Of a stretch of DNA of 64,000 nucleotides, positions 37,338 through 46,221 are shown in pieces. Position numbers and translations under genes: made by a program. The DNA comes from Limisphaerales bacterium (GTDB lineage: Bacteria; Verrucomicrobiota; Verrucomicrobiia; Limisphaerales; UBA9464): contig CBDIPJ010000001.1 in the NCBI GenBank assembly GCA_965283655.1, positions 114,987 to 178,986 on the forward strand, written 5' to 3'. The notes beneath the pieces were generated by a model that made no database searches, had not been told where the DNA came from, and saw only the letters and a program-made list of their open reading frames with translations. The first letter of the stretch is position 1; each line of letters begins with the position of its first letter.

Positions 37338-39140
37338 CTACTTCTCGATCACGAACTGGTCCCGGAGAACACCGTCGATGTCGAACGCGCGGTAGTTCAT
37401 CCGGGGCCCGCTGATCTGGATGTCGAGCACCTGATAGGTCGCCACGTTTGTCATCCCCACCTGCGTATAGTCGTGCTTCGCCTGCGGATAGAACTTCGTT
37501 CCCGACGTGGCCACGACATATACCGTTCCCTTGGCCGGCGTTTCCGCCCGTTGGCCGCCCTTCATCGGAAACGTCCGCAGGTACGCGTGGTCGTGTCCCT
37601 GCAGCACCAGGTCGACGTGGTATTGGTCGAACAGCGGTGTCCAATGCTGCACCACCGACTCGTTCTGCCGGCCTTCCGCGGACGAGTACGCCGGGTGGTG
37701 ATACGCCACGAACTTCCACGTCGCCTTCGTCGTCGACAACTCCTGCGCCAGCCAGTTCGTCTGCAACGACGGCGCGAGGTTCGAGTCCAGGATGATGAAC
37801 TGCGCGTCCGAATAGCGGAAGCTGTAGGCCCGCTCCGGCGGGATCTCCTTCGGCCCGTTCCGCATCAGCGCGAACTGTTGCAGGTACATCTTCGGCTCGC
37901 CCCCCTGGTACTCATGATTGCCCAGCACGGGCACCAGCGTCCGGCGATCGAAGATCGTCCGCGCATTGTGGAAGAAGCTGTCCCAATCGTCCCGCTGCGC
38001 CCCCCGGTTCACGAGGTCCCCCGCCATCAGGTAGAAGGCCGCGTCCGGACGGTTCCGAAATGCGGTCTGAACGAGTGATCCCCACCGGTCGAGCCCGTTC
38101 TGGGCATCGCCCATATAAATGAAGGAGAAGGGCACGTTGCCCGCCGGGGCCGTGATGAACTCCTGGTACTCCAGCCAACCATCCCGGCTGCCATCGCCCA
38201 CGGAGTAGAGATACCGCGTCCCCGGCTCGAGGCCGGTCAACGCCACCGTGTGCCGGTTCACCACCGGATCATTCAGCAACCGCTCGTCCTTCAACACCTC
38301 CGTCACCGCCTTCACCCGCTGCGGACGCCGGTCCCGCGGGGAATTCATGTCCACCGCACGCCCGAATTGCACATAACCGCTCCGCACCTTCGGACCCGTC
38401 CGCCACTGGATCGTCTGCGTCGTCTGCGGATCCCCGCTCCACGTCAGGACCACATGCTCCGGACGATCCTTCGACCGATGATCGGTCCATCGGAAGATCC
38501 CCAGCAACCGGCCATCCTCCCGTCGGTCCCGGAGCGTCCGCACGATCCGGGCACCCATGAACTCTGGAGGAAGGTTTGTCAGCGTCACATCCATGTCCGC
38601 ATACGGTGCGATCCCGTTGGTGAACTCCCCCACCCGCAAGGTCGCGGGGTATAACTCGTCGATTTCCAACCTCTGTCCCGCGACCGCCGGCTGCGCCAGC
38701 ACCAGATAATGTTCACCGCCCCCCGCCACCGAGTTCACGCCCAGACCCACCTCTCCCGCCGGAAACTCCTTCTGCCACGCCTCAAAGCGGACACTGCCCC
38801 GCGTCACCGCGTTCGTCCGCGCCACGAAGCCCCGTTCGGAAAGCCAATAGGGATCATTGGTGTTCCGCGCATCCTTCAGCACCGTCACCACCGCGGGAAC
38901 GCTCAGCCGGAACAGCACATGTTCACTCCCGAGGATCTCACGCTCCCGCGCGGTGATCAGCCCCAGCGCCTCCGCCACCTTCATCTGCTTCAGCTCATTG
39001 GTGGTCTTCGTCCGCTCAAACCGGTCCAGGATCCCGGCCACCGTGTCATGGATCGACGCATGCGTCCCCACGTGCGCCTGCGACGCCACTGATGCCACCC
39101 ACAACCCCAAAGCCACAACCACCCAACGCCACCTGTGCAT
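37338..39140 (-). CDS. secreted metallophosphoesterase (purple-acid-phosphatase-like)
   Basis: Signal peptide (MHRWRWVVVALGLWVASVASQA). FN3-like segment (VVLTWSGDPQTTQTIQWRT). Phosphoesterase motifs GDAQNG, MAGDLVNRG, GNHEY, QGHDHAY. Confidence 0.8.
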   Translation of the reverse strand: MHRWRWVVVALGLWVASVASQAHVGTHASIHDTVAGILDRFERTKTTNELKQMKVAEALGLITAREREILGSEHVLFRLSVPAVVTVLKDARNTNDPYWLSERGFVARTNAVTRGSVRFEAWQKEFPAGEVGLGVNSVAGGGEHYLVLAQPAVAGQRLEIDELYPATLRVGEFTNGIAPYADMDVTLTNLPPEFMGARIVRTLRDRREDGRLLGIFRWTDHRSKDRPEHVVLTWSGDPQTTQTIQWRTGPKVRSGYVQFGRAVDMNSPRDRRPQRVKAVTEVLKDERLLNDPVVNRHTVALTGLEPGTRYLYSVGDGSRDGWLEYQEFITAPAGNVPFSFIYMGDAQNGLDRWGSLVQTAFRNRPDAAFYLMAGDLVNRGAQRDDWDSFFHNARTIFDRRTLVPVLGNHEYQGGEPKMYLQQFALMRNGPKEIPPERAYSFRYSDAQFIILDSNLAPSLQTNWLAQELSTTKATWKFVAYHHPAYSSAEGRQNESVVQHWTPLFDQYHVDLVLQGHDHAYLRTFPMKGGQRAETPAKGTVYVVATSGTKFYPQAKHDYTQVGMTNVATYQVLDIQISGPRMNYRAFDIDGVLRDQFVIEK

Positions 39141-39194
39141 CCCCCATCCTGTACCGACCCCAAATCCCAAGGACATCCCCAATCTGAGTTCCCT

Positions 39195-39600
39195 TGTAGG
39201 CCGCGTGCCCCCACGCGGCGCATCTTCCCGAACATGCGTCCCGCGCCCGCCCTCGCCGCAACGCGGCGCACGGCGAAAGCCCGGGGTGGAGCGGAGCGGA
39301 ACCCTGGGTCACCCCACCCCAACGATACCTCGCCCCAACGGGGCGAACGGTGACCACATGCACCCTGTCCCGTGTGCCCTTTCAGGGCACGGAGGACGTT
39401 GTGTGGCTTGGTCCCCGGGGTTCCACCCCGGGCTTTCACCGGTTGCCCCTTCGGGGCAGGCAACTCGGAACTGGAGTCTGGGAACTGGGTGCTGGATCCG
39501 CCGGGTGAGGGCACCCGGCCTTCAATCGGGAATCCCCCTCCCCCTTGAAACTTGAAACTGAAATCTTCCAACTCGCTTTCAAACTTGAAACTCCCCACCC
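39195..39600. repeat. mosaic repeat region upstream of two divergent genes
   Basis: REP-B 39195-39220 (GTAGG head) and 39499-39525 (-). Hairpin-dense GC unit 39270-39460 (GTGCCCT-ttc-AGGGCAC; TGCCCC-TTCG-GGGCA). Heptad modules 39545-39598. Confidence 0.75.
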
Positions 39601-39618
39601 ACGCACTACGCACCCCTC

Positions 39619-40560
39619 GTGCTGTTCCGTCGCCACCTTCCTGCACTCCTCGCCCTCGTCGGCCTCCTCCTCTCGCGAGGCACCTGCCTCCGTGCCGACG
39701 ACCCCGGTTGGCTCGCACCCGTCCAGCGACTGGCCGACTGGCTCGACGCCTCTGAACCCAACCGGCCCTTCGTCCAGACCCAGCTCGAACTCGTCAGCAA
39801 GGGCTCACGCTCGCTCGGCTTCTCCAACCTCCACGCCCATCTCACCCTCCGGGTTCCCGACCGCCTGCATCTCACCTCCGGCACCAATCGCACCCGCGTC
39901 GAGTTCGGACGCCACGGCAACAAACTCTGGCTCTGGGAACCCGCCCTGAAACGCTGGACCCAGTCCCGCCTCCCCGACGGCGCGGATCCCATCGGCTTCC
40001 CCGTCGCCGGCACCCTGCTCGGCTGGGCCTCCAAAGGTTGTGAAACCGAGACCTTCAAAACCGTGGCGATCCAGGGCGAACCTTGCGCCCCCTACCGTGT
40101 CCGCCCCGGCCCGATGGCCAAGGAATACCTCGGCACCGCCGACTTCACACTGAGCCTCTGGATCCAGTCCCGCTCCCAGCTCCCCCTCGCCGCCCGTTGG
40201 CAGGACCCCGCCGCCACCACCGACCTCACCGCCTGGCTCCGTCGCGTCCGCGTCAGCCAGGCCCTGAATGAAGTTCATTGGGCCGAAAGGTCGCCGGGCG
40301 GCATCCGCGCCGAGGACGTCTCCCTCGACGTCCTCCGCCAACGCCTCCCGCGCGCCTTCCTCTTCGTCGCCCTCGAACTCAGCGCCCTCCCCCGCCCAAT
40401 TAAAGATCAGTCCGATCGGACTGATCGGACGGATCAGACTGATCCGCCGGCTCAGCTTGTGCCACCGGCCCCCGGTGCAGGATCTTGCAGGGCTCCGGGT
40501 CCTTGTAGTGCCGCTTCAACCCGCGGTCCGCCAGGGCCGCCGCCGGCACCCTCTGGATGA
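39619..40560 (+). CDS. secreted hypothetical protein (LolA-like fold suspected)
   Basis: GTG start, signal peptide LLALVGLLLSRGTCLRA. The last ~50 aa are low-complexity antisense of the convergent gene, so the true stop may be TAA at 40401-40403 (see findings). Confidence 0.5.
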   Translation: MLFRRHLPALLALVGLLLSRGTCLRADDPGWLAPVQRLADWLDASEPNRPFVQTQLELVSKGSRSLGFSNLHAHLTLRVPDRLHLTSGTNRTRVEFGRHGNKLWLWEPALKRWTQSRLPDGADPIGFPVAGTLLGWASKGCETETFKTVAIQGEPCAPYRVRPGPMAKEYLGTADFTLSLWIQSRSQLPLAARWQDPAATTDLTAWLRRVRVSQALNEVHWAERSPGGIRAEDVSLDVLRQRLPRAFLFVALELSALPRPIKDQSDRTDRTDQTDPPAQLVPPAPGAGSCRAPGPCSAASTRGPPGPPPAPSG

Positions 40561-41119
40561 ACTCCGCGAACGACTTCTCCACCCGGTCCTTCTGCGCCTT
40601 CTGTCCCGCCTTCGTCTCCCAGTACTCCTGCTCCACGTTCGACAGGAAGATCCCCGCCTCATCCGGCCCGATGTTCTCGCGCCGCGCCAGGATCCAGAAC
40701 AGCCCCGGATCCTCCGGGAGCGCCACCGGGAACGGCACGAACTTCGCCTTCACTTCCTCTTCCTCCTCCGACCCCGGCGGAATCACCTTCAGCTTGTTCG
40801 AGATCGTCCGGTCCGGCAGCACGATCTCCACCGCCACCGAATCGCCCTTCTCGCTCGGCTCCACCGTCACCTCCGCATTCGCGAAGTTCGTCGCGATCTG
40901 GTCCTTGAATCCCTCGACCGTCGCCGGCTCCAGATCGGGCAACGATCCCTCCGTGCAGAACTTCTCGAAGGACTTCACGTTGTTGATCAACCGGACCTCC
41001 TGCGCCACCTGCTCATAGATCGCCGAGGCCAGCCTCGGATCGGGGGTTGCCTTCGGAAGCACCTTCTCCAGCAGCGCCAGGAACTGCGCGTCGTTCATGC
41101 CCTTCGTCTTCGTCGCCAT
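40400..41119 (-). CDS. hypothetical acidic protein
   Basis: 239-aa ORF with coding-like composition and ATG start. No family recognised; C-terminal (D-Q/P/R-S/T-D) repeat. Confidence 0.6.
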   Translation of the reverse strand: MATKTKGMNDAQFLALLEKVLPKATPDPRLASAIYEQVAQEVRLINNVKSFEKFCTEGSLPDLEPATVEGFKDQIATNFANAEVTVEPSEKGDSVAVEIVLPDRTISNKLKVIPPGSEEEEEVKAKFVPFPVALPEDPGLFWILARRENIGPDEAGIFLSNVEQEYWETKAGQKAQKDRVEKSFAEFIQRVPAAALADRGLKRHYKDPEPCKILHRGPVAQAEPADQSDPSDQSDRTDL

Positions 41120-41215
41120 AATCAGGAAATCAGAATGCCGTCCCCGTGGTTTTCAGGGGGGCGGGTTTCTCTCCGACCCGACGCCATTCCGCAAGCATCC
41201 GCATCAACGAAGAAG

Positions 41216-41500
41216 GTAGCAGCCAACGTCAGGAGGCTGTCGGAGAGTTCGGAGTTTGAAGATTCAAGTTTGAAGCCCATCACCACTGCCTCGTGACCTC
41301 GTCAGCTACCCTCCGCGACGTAGCAGACGACGTCAGGAGGCTGGAGTAGGAGCCGCAAGTTTGAAGTTTCAAGACTCAAGCTCCCAAGCGTAGCAGACGA
41401 CGTCAGGAGGCTGAGGTCTGTCTTGAAACTTGAATCTGAAAACTTCGAACTCCGCCCCGAACTCCGTCCCCCCCTTGAATCTTCACTCTCCAAACTCCAG
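41216..41500. repeat. mosaic repeat region (REP-C A/B' unit + 2 further REP-C + heptad modules)
   Basis: REP-C 41216-41239, inverted type B 41284-41309, REP-C 41320-41343 and 41390-41413, heptad modules 41240-41280 and 41422-41455. 41216-41319 is about 88% identical to the 104-bp unit at 47255. Confidence 0.85.
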
Positions 41501-41542
41501 ACTCCCGCCCCCCGCCGGACTTCCAGCGGACTCCCCCACGCG

Positions 41543-42580
41543 TTGAAACAGGTGCTCATCATCAAGACGTCGTCCCTCGGCGATGTCGTCCACACCCTGC
41601 CGGCCGTCTCGGACGCCGCCGCCGCGCTTCCCGGGATCCGGTTCGACTGGGTGGTGGAAGAGGGCATCGCTGAAATCCCCTCCTGGCATCCCGCCATCGA
41701 TCGGGTAATCCCCGTCGCCCTCCGGCGGTGGCGCAAGGGTTGGTGGCAATCCGAAGTCCGCGAACAGCGCGCCGCCTTCAGACGCTCCCTTTCCGAACGT
41801 CACTACGACGCCATCATTGACGCCCAGGGCCTCCTCAAGAGCGCCTGGCTCTCCCTCCAGGCCCGCGGTCCCACCCACGGCCTGTCATGGTCCAGCGCCC
41901 GGGAACCCCTCGCCTCCCTCGCCTACCGCCACCGCCATCCGGTCGCCAAGGGGACCCACGCCATCCATCGCGTCCGACAACTCTTCGCCGACAGCCTCGG
42001 GTATCCCGTTCCGGAATCCGCCCCGCGCTACGGAATGGACCGTGGCCAACTCCAGCCCAACGCCCACGCCAACCCCACCACCCCTTACGTCGTCTTCCTG
42101 CACGGCACGACCTGGGCCACCAAGCATTGGCCCGAACCCTTCTGGATCCAGCTTGCGGGTCTCGCCACCGCTGCCGGCCAGCGCGTCCTGCTTCCCTGGG
42201 GATCGCCGTCCGAACACGAGCGCGCCCAACGCATCGCTGCCGCCCACCCCGCGGCCGCCATCACCATCCTCCCACGCCTGCCCCTGCGCGACCTCGCCAG
42301 CATCCTCGCCGGAGCCACCGGTGTGATCGCCGTCGATACCGGCCTGGCCCACGTGGCCGCCGCCCTCGACGTTCCCGCCGTCACCCTCTACGGCCCCACC
42401 GAACCCGGCCTCACCGGAACCCTCGGTTCCACCCAGACCCACCTCCGCGCCACCTTCCCCTGCGCCCCCTGCTTCCGCCGCACCTGCAACTTCCCCGGCC
42501 CGCATCCAGTCGAACCGCCCTGCTTCCAGTCCGTCCCACCCACCACCGTGTGGAATGCCCTCCGCGCCCTCACCGCATGA
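41543..42580 (+). CDS. waaC: lipopolysaccharide heptosyltransferase I-like (GT9)
   Basis: VLIIKTSSLGDVVHTLPAVS, WVVEEGIAEIPSWHPAIDRVIPV, FLHGTTWATKHWP, VDTGLAHVAAAL. TTG at 41543 follows repeat sequence. Confidence 0.75.
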   Translation: MKQVLIIKTSSLGDVVHTLPAVSDAAAALPGIRFDWVVEEGIAEIPSWHPAIDRVIPVALRRWRKGWWQSEVREQRAAFRRSLSERHYDAIIDAQGLLKSAWLSLQARGPTHGLSWSSAREPLASLAYRHRHPVAKGTHAIHRVRQLFADSLGYPVPESAPRYGMDRGQLQPNAHANPTTPYVVFLHGTTWATKHWPEPFWIQLAGLATAAGQRVLLPWGSPSEHERAQRIAAAHPAAAITILPRLPLRDLASILAGATGVIAVDTGLAHVAAALDVPAVTLYGPTEPGLTGTLGSTQTHLRATFPCAPCFRRTCNFPGPHPVEPPCFQSVPPTTVWNALRALTA

Positions 42581-42590
42581 ACGCCACGCC

Positions 42591-43547
42591 ATGAAGGAAA
42601 TCCTCGTCATCCGCTGGAAGAGCATCGGCGACGTCGCCTTCACCCTCCCCGCCGTCAACCACCTGCGCGCCCATCACCCCGACGCGCGCATCACCTTCCT
42701 CGTCTCCCGCGAGAACCGCTTCGTCGTCGAGGCCTTCCCCGGCATCGACGAGATCTGGACGATTGATCGCGCCCTGTTCCGTGGCTCTGGTGTCCTCAAG
42801 GGCCTCGCCAACATCGCGCGCCTCATCGGACAGATCCGCAGCCGACGCTTCTCCCTGGTCGTCGATCTCCAGGGCTACGGCGAAACCGCCGCCCTCACGC
42901 GCTGGAGTGGCGCACCCGAGCGTTGGGGATGCGCCCGACGCGGTTGGCGCCGGAATGCCTTCACCCGGAACTACGCCGAGAACCAGCACCTCCACCCCGC
43001 CGAACGCCACGTCCGGATGCTCGAAACCTTCGGCATCCAACCCGGGCCCATCCGGAACCGCCTCTCCCTCTCCGAAACCCGACTGAGCGAAGCCCGCGCC
43101 TTCCTCCAACGCGCCCAGATCCATCCCGACGGCAGCCCGATCGTCTATTTCCAACCCTGCACCAGCGCCGCGGAAAAGAACTGGCCCATCGATCGCTACA
43201 TTGCCGTCGCCAGCCACCTGCGCTCGCAGGGTGCCCAGATCATCTTTGGCGGCGGACCTGCCGACCAATCCATGTTCACCGCCGCACGCGCCGCCGGATT
43301 CGCCGTGACCGATGGCCTTCCCGCCGCCACGTCCCTCGCCCTCCTCAGCCTCGTCCAGCTTGTCGTTGGCGGAGACACCGGATTCCTCCATCTCGCCGTG
43401 GCCGTCGGGACCCGCGTCGTCATGGTTGCCCGCCGCGGTCCGCTGCCCCTCGGCCACCCCGAGTGGGCCCTGATCGCTCCGGACGCCCGCATCGAAACCC
43501 TCACGGTACCCGACGTCATCGCGCGCGCCACCGAAGCCCTCCGCTGA
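42591..43547 (+). CDS. GT9 glycosyltransferase (heptosyltransferase family)
   Basis: ILVIRWKSIGDVAFTLPAV and VVGGDTGFLHLAVAVG motifs. Starts 11 nt after the waaC stop. Confidence 0.8.
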   Translation: MKEILVIRWKSIGDVAFTLPAVNHLRAHHPDARITFLVSRENRFVVEAFPGIDEIWTIDRALFRGSGVLKGLANIARLIGQIRSRRFSLVVDLQGYGETAALTRWSGAPERWGCARRGWRRNAFTRNYAENQHLHPAERHVRMLETFGIQPGPIRNRLSLSETRLSEARAFLQRAQIHPDGSPIVYFQPCTSAAEKNWPIDRYIAVASHLRSQGAQIIFGGGPADQSMFTAARAAGFAVTDGLPAATSLALLSLVQLVVGGDTGFLHLAVAVGTRVVMVARRGPLPLGHPEWALIAPDARIETLTVPDVIARATEALR

Positions 43548-43589
43548 ACCCGTTCCCAACTGGCCGCATCCCGATACCCCCACTCGCGT

Positions 43590-43613
43590 CGGGGCGGCGA
43601 CGTCCACGTCGCC
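43590..43613 (+). repeat. REP-A single copy
   Basis: CGGGGCGGCGACGTCCACGTCGCC. Confidence 0.8.
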
Positions 43614-43699
43614 GTTCCAACGTGCTTCTCACTGCGATGGGAAATCCCCGCTCTGGACGCGTACGGATCGTCTGAAGCATGGACGCGGCGAAGGTCTTT

Positions 43700-43815
43700 C
43701 CTCGGAGCCGTGGCTCCAGGTGCGGAGCACCGGCAGATGATAGCCCACAGCGTCAGCTGTGGGTTTGGCTCCTAAACGGCTACAAGCCCCGGAGGGGCGA
43801 CAGATCCGGGGCTGC
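43700..43815. repeat. hairpin-dense GC-rich unit
   Basis: GGAGCC-gt-GGCTCC (43704-43717), CCCACAGC-GTCA-GCTGTGGG (43744-43763), AGCCCCGGA-11 nt-TCCGGGGCT (43785-43813). Confidence 0.5.
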
Positions 43816-43883
43816 TTCGCACCCCGAACCAGCCTTAAAGCCTCCGGCGCTCACCATCGCAGATTCAACCGCTGCTTTCGGGC

Positions 43884-44690
43884 TCAACCCTTCAACTCCA
43901 CCAGCACAGGTCGGTGATCGGACGCCACCGGTTCCTCCAACACCTGACTCTGGCGCCCCGTGTGCCACTTCCCCCGTGGCCGTAGCAGGACGTAATCGAT
44001 CCGCCCTTCTGGCTTCTCCGCGGGGATCGTCGGCAGTGGATTCGCAGCCGAAGCATCCTCCCAATCGGCCAGCATCCGCTGCATCACACGGCTCTCGGGA
44101 CGGTCGTTGAAATCGCCCGCCAGGAGAACGGGATCCGTGCCGGCACCGAACAACTCCTGCAAACGCGCCACCTGCAACCAGCGGTCGTCATCGCCCCGTG
44201 ATGCATCCAGATGGACGCCCACGAACCGGAACTCCCCCAACCGGGGAACCCGGACTCGCGCCGAGATCGCAATCCGTTGCTCGCGATTCGCCGGGTTGGG
44301 CAACAGATCCACCGTGAAATCCTCCATCGGCCAACGGCTCAGCAGCATTCCCCCGTACGCGCCACCCTGAAAATCAATGGCCTTCCCGAACTGCCCGAAC
44401 AACCCCGTCAACCGGATGTACTCGGCTGCCTGATCCACCCGACCCGTCCTTTGGGTCTTCACGTCCACCTCCTGCAACGCCACCAGATCCGCGTTGCTCG
44501 CCCGGATCACCCTCGCGATCCGTTCCAGGTCGACCTTCCCGTCCACGCCTTCGCCGTGGTGCAGGTTGTACGTCATCACCCGCAATGGGGCGAAGGGAAT
44601 GACTGGCTTTCCGGGCAATCCGGCGCATCCGGCAGCAACAACAGCAGTGGTGGCAACAGGCATCATCTGGAGGAACTCTCGGCGGCTCAT
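43884..44690 (-). CDS. endonuclease/exonuclease/phosphatase (EEP) family protein, Tat/Sec-exported
   Basis: MSRREFLQMMPVATTAVVAAGCAG leader; LRVMTYNLHHG and DLVALQEVD motifs. Confidence 0.8.
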   Translation of the reverse strand: MSRREFLQMMPVATTAVVAAGCAGLPGKPVIPFAPLRVMTYNLHHGEGVDGKVDLERIARVIRASNADLVALQEVDVKTQRTGRVDQAAEYIRLTGLFGQFGKAIDFQGGAYGGMLLSRWPMEDFTVDLLPNPANREQRIAISARVRVPRLGEFRFVGVHLDASRGDDDRWLQVARLQELFGAGTDPVLLAGDFNDRPESRVMQRMLADWEDASAANPLPTIPAEKPEGRIDYVLLRPRGKWHTGRQSQVLEEPVASDHRPVLVELKG

Positions 44691-44775
44691 CGCCCCGCCA
44701 ATAGAGCACCGCATCCCATCGGATTCCAGCACCGCGCACCATCACCCACCCCCCTCATTTGCCTCCGCACGAAAC

Positions 44776-44842
44776 CGGGGAGGCGACGTCCTCGTCGCCG
44801 TTCCGAAGCCTTTCCCAGGGCGATGAGGACCTCGCCGCCCCG
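44776..44842. repeat. REP-A pair (+,-)
   Basis: CGGGGAGGCGACGTCCTCGTCGCC (44776-44799) and GGGCGATGAGGACCTCGCCGCCCCG (44818-44842). Confidence 0.8.
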
Positions 44843-44902
44843 AAGCCACTCGAAAAGCAGGGCGGCATCGAGGTGCGCCCAGCACCCTTGCCAGCCACCC
44901 GG

Positions 44903-44946
44903 GGAACTGGCTTCAAACTTGAATCATGAATCTTCAGAGTCCCCCC
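44903..44946 (+). repeat. degenerate heptad module just upstream of rfbC
   Basis: GGAACTGGCTTCAAACTTGAATCATGAATCTTCAGAGTCCCCCC. Confidence 0.55.
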
Positions 44947-44947
44947 G

Positions 44948-45493
44948 ATGACGTTCACACCCGGTCCCCTGGACGGCCTCTGGGTCGTCGGCCTCGAACC
45001 CCGCCACGACAGCCGTGGTTGGTTTGTGCGTACCTGGTGCGAAGAGGAGTTCGCCCGACACGGCCTCAACACCCGCTGGCCCCAGTCCAACACCACCCGC
45101 ACCCTCCATCGCGGGATGCTCCGTGGCATGCACTGGCAGGCTGCCCCGCACCCGGAAACCAAGCTCATCCGCTGCACCCGCGGCGCCGTCTGGGATGTGG
45201 TCGTGGACGTCCGTCCGGCTTCACCCACCTTCGGTCGCTGGTCAGCCCTCGAGTTGTCCGAATCCAACGCCCGCCAAATCTACGTCCCCGCGGGATTCGC
45301 CCACGGCTTCCAATGCCTCACCGATGACGCCGAACTCCATTACCTGATGTCCGACGTCTACCACCCGGATCTCGCCCGGGGTTTCCGCTGGGACGATCCC
45401 GACGTCGCGATCCCGTGGCCCATCCCAGACCCCGTGATGTCGGATCGAGACCGATCCTTTGGTTTGCTACGCGGCAGCATGGAACCCATGTAG
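44948..45493 (+). CDS. rfbC: dTDP-4-dehydrorhamnose 3,5-epimerase
   Basis: HDSRGWFVRTW, LRGMHWQ, KLIRCTRGAVWDVVVDVR and VPAGFAHGFQCL motifs. Confidence 0.9.
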   Translation: MTFTPGPLDGLWVVGLEPRHDSRGWFVRTWCEEEFARHGLNTRWPQSNTTRTLHRGMLRGMHWQAAPHPETKLIRCTRGAVWDVVVDVRPASPTFGRWSALELSESNARQIYVPAGFAHGFQCLTDDAELHYLMSDVYHPDLARGFRWDDPDVAIPWPIPDPVMSDRDRSFGLLRGSMEPM

Positions 45494-45511
45494 CGACATC
45501 ACAGGGGGTGG

Positions 45512-46195
45512 TTACAGGATGCGCCCGATCCCAAGTCCTCCCGAAACTGCCGTACAGACGGGCCCGATCACCATCCCGCCATACTCCTTCAACTCCCGCG
45601 CCTTCAACCTCGGAAAGGCATGGATCCGCTCCGGCCCAAGGTATTCTCCGAGCAAAGCGCGGTTGCCGGCAACGGAAGCATCTGGTTGCCGGCTTTCCAT
45701 CAGGACCACCTGGGCCCGCTTGCGTGCCCGTTCGGAAAGGGCAGACCACACCAGACGCACCTGCCCAACCACACCCAACCGATCGACCGCCACCACCACC
45801 GGCACTGCCTCCAATCCCTCCAACAGTTCTGGAGCGTCCGCCCCCTCCAACAGAGGACTCAGCAACCCTCCAGCACCCTCGGTCACCGCCACGCGCATTC
45901 CCAGGGATGCGGCCCTCACGTGTTCAACGACCGCAGCCATCGCCACCCGTCGGCCCTCCATCCGCGCCGCCAGCAACGGAGCAATGGGTTCCGCGAAATG
46001 CCACGGATTGATGACGTCCAGCGGCACCTCCCCCGCCTGGACGTCGAACAGGGCCTCCGCATCCGTCCGCGGTCCGGACGCCAGTGGCTTGAACCCGATC
46101 GATGGCACCCCCTGCGCCCGGAGCCATCCCAGAAAACACGCCGTGAACACCGTCTTGCCGACATCGGTGTCCGTGCCCGTGACGAAAACCTGCAT
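45512..46195 (-). CDS. bioD: dethiobiotin synthase
   Basis: MQVFVTGTDTDVGKTVFT P-loop, then GFKPLASG and VTEGAGGLLSPL. Confidence 0.85.
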   Translation of the reverse strand: MQVFVTGTDTDVGKTVFTACFLGWLRAQGVPSIGFKPLASGPRTDAEALFDVQAGEVPLDVINPWHFAEPIAPLLAARMEGRRVAMAAVVEHVRAASLGMRVAVTEGAGGLLSPLLEGADAPELLEGLEAVPVVVAVDRLGVVGQVRLVWSALSERARKRAQVVLMESRQPDASVAGNRALLGEYLGPERIHAFPRLKARELKEYGGMVIGPVCTAVSGGLGIGRIL

Positions 46196-46221
46196 CGGAA
46201 CGCCCGCGGTTGATTTCGATT

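Noticed and set aside
40405-40445. Cluster of five GATC sites, considered as a methylation or replication-control signal.
   Set aside because: It lies inside the coding tail of the 40400-41119 gene, encoding a DQSD/DRTD repeat, and 14 kb from the oriC candidate. It is better explained as a coding repeat and palindrome.
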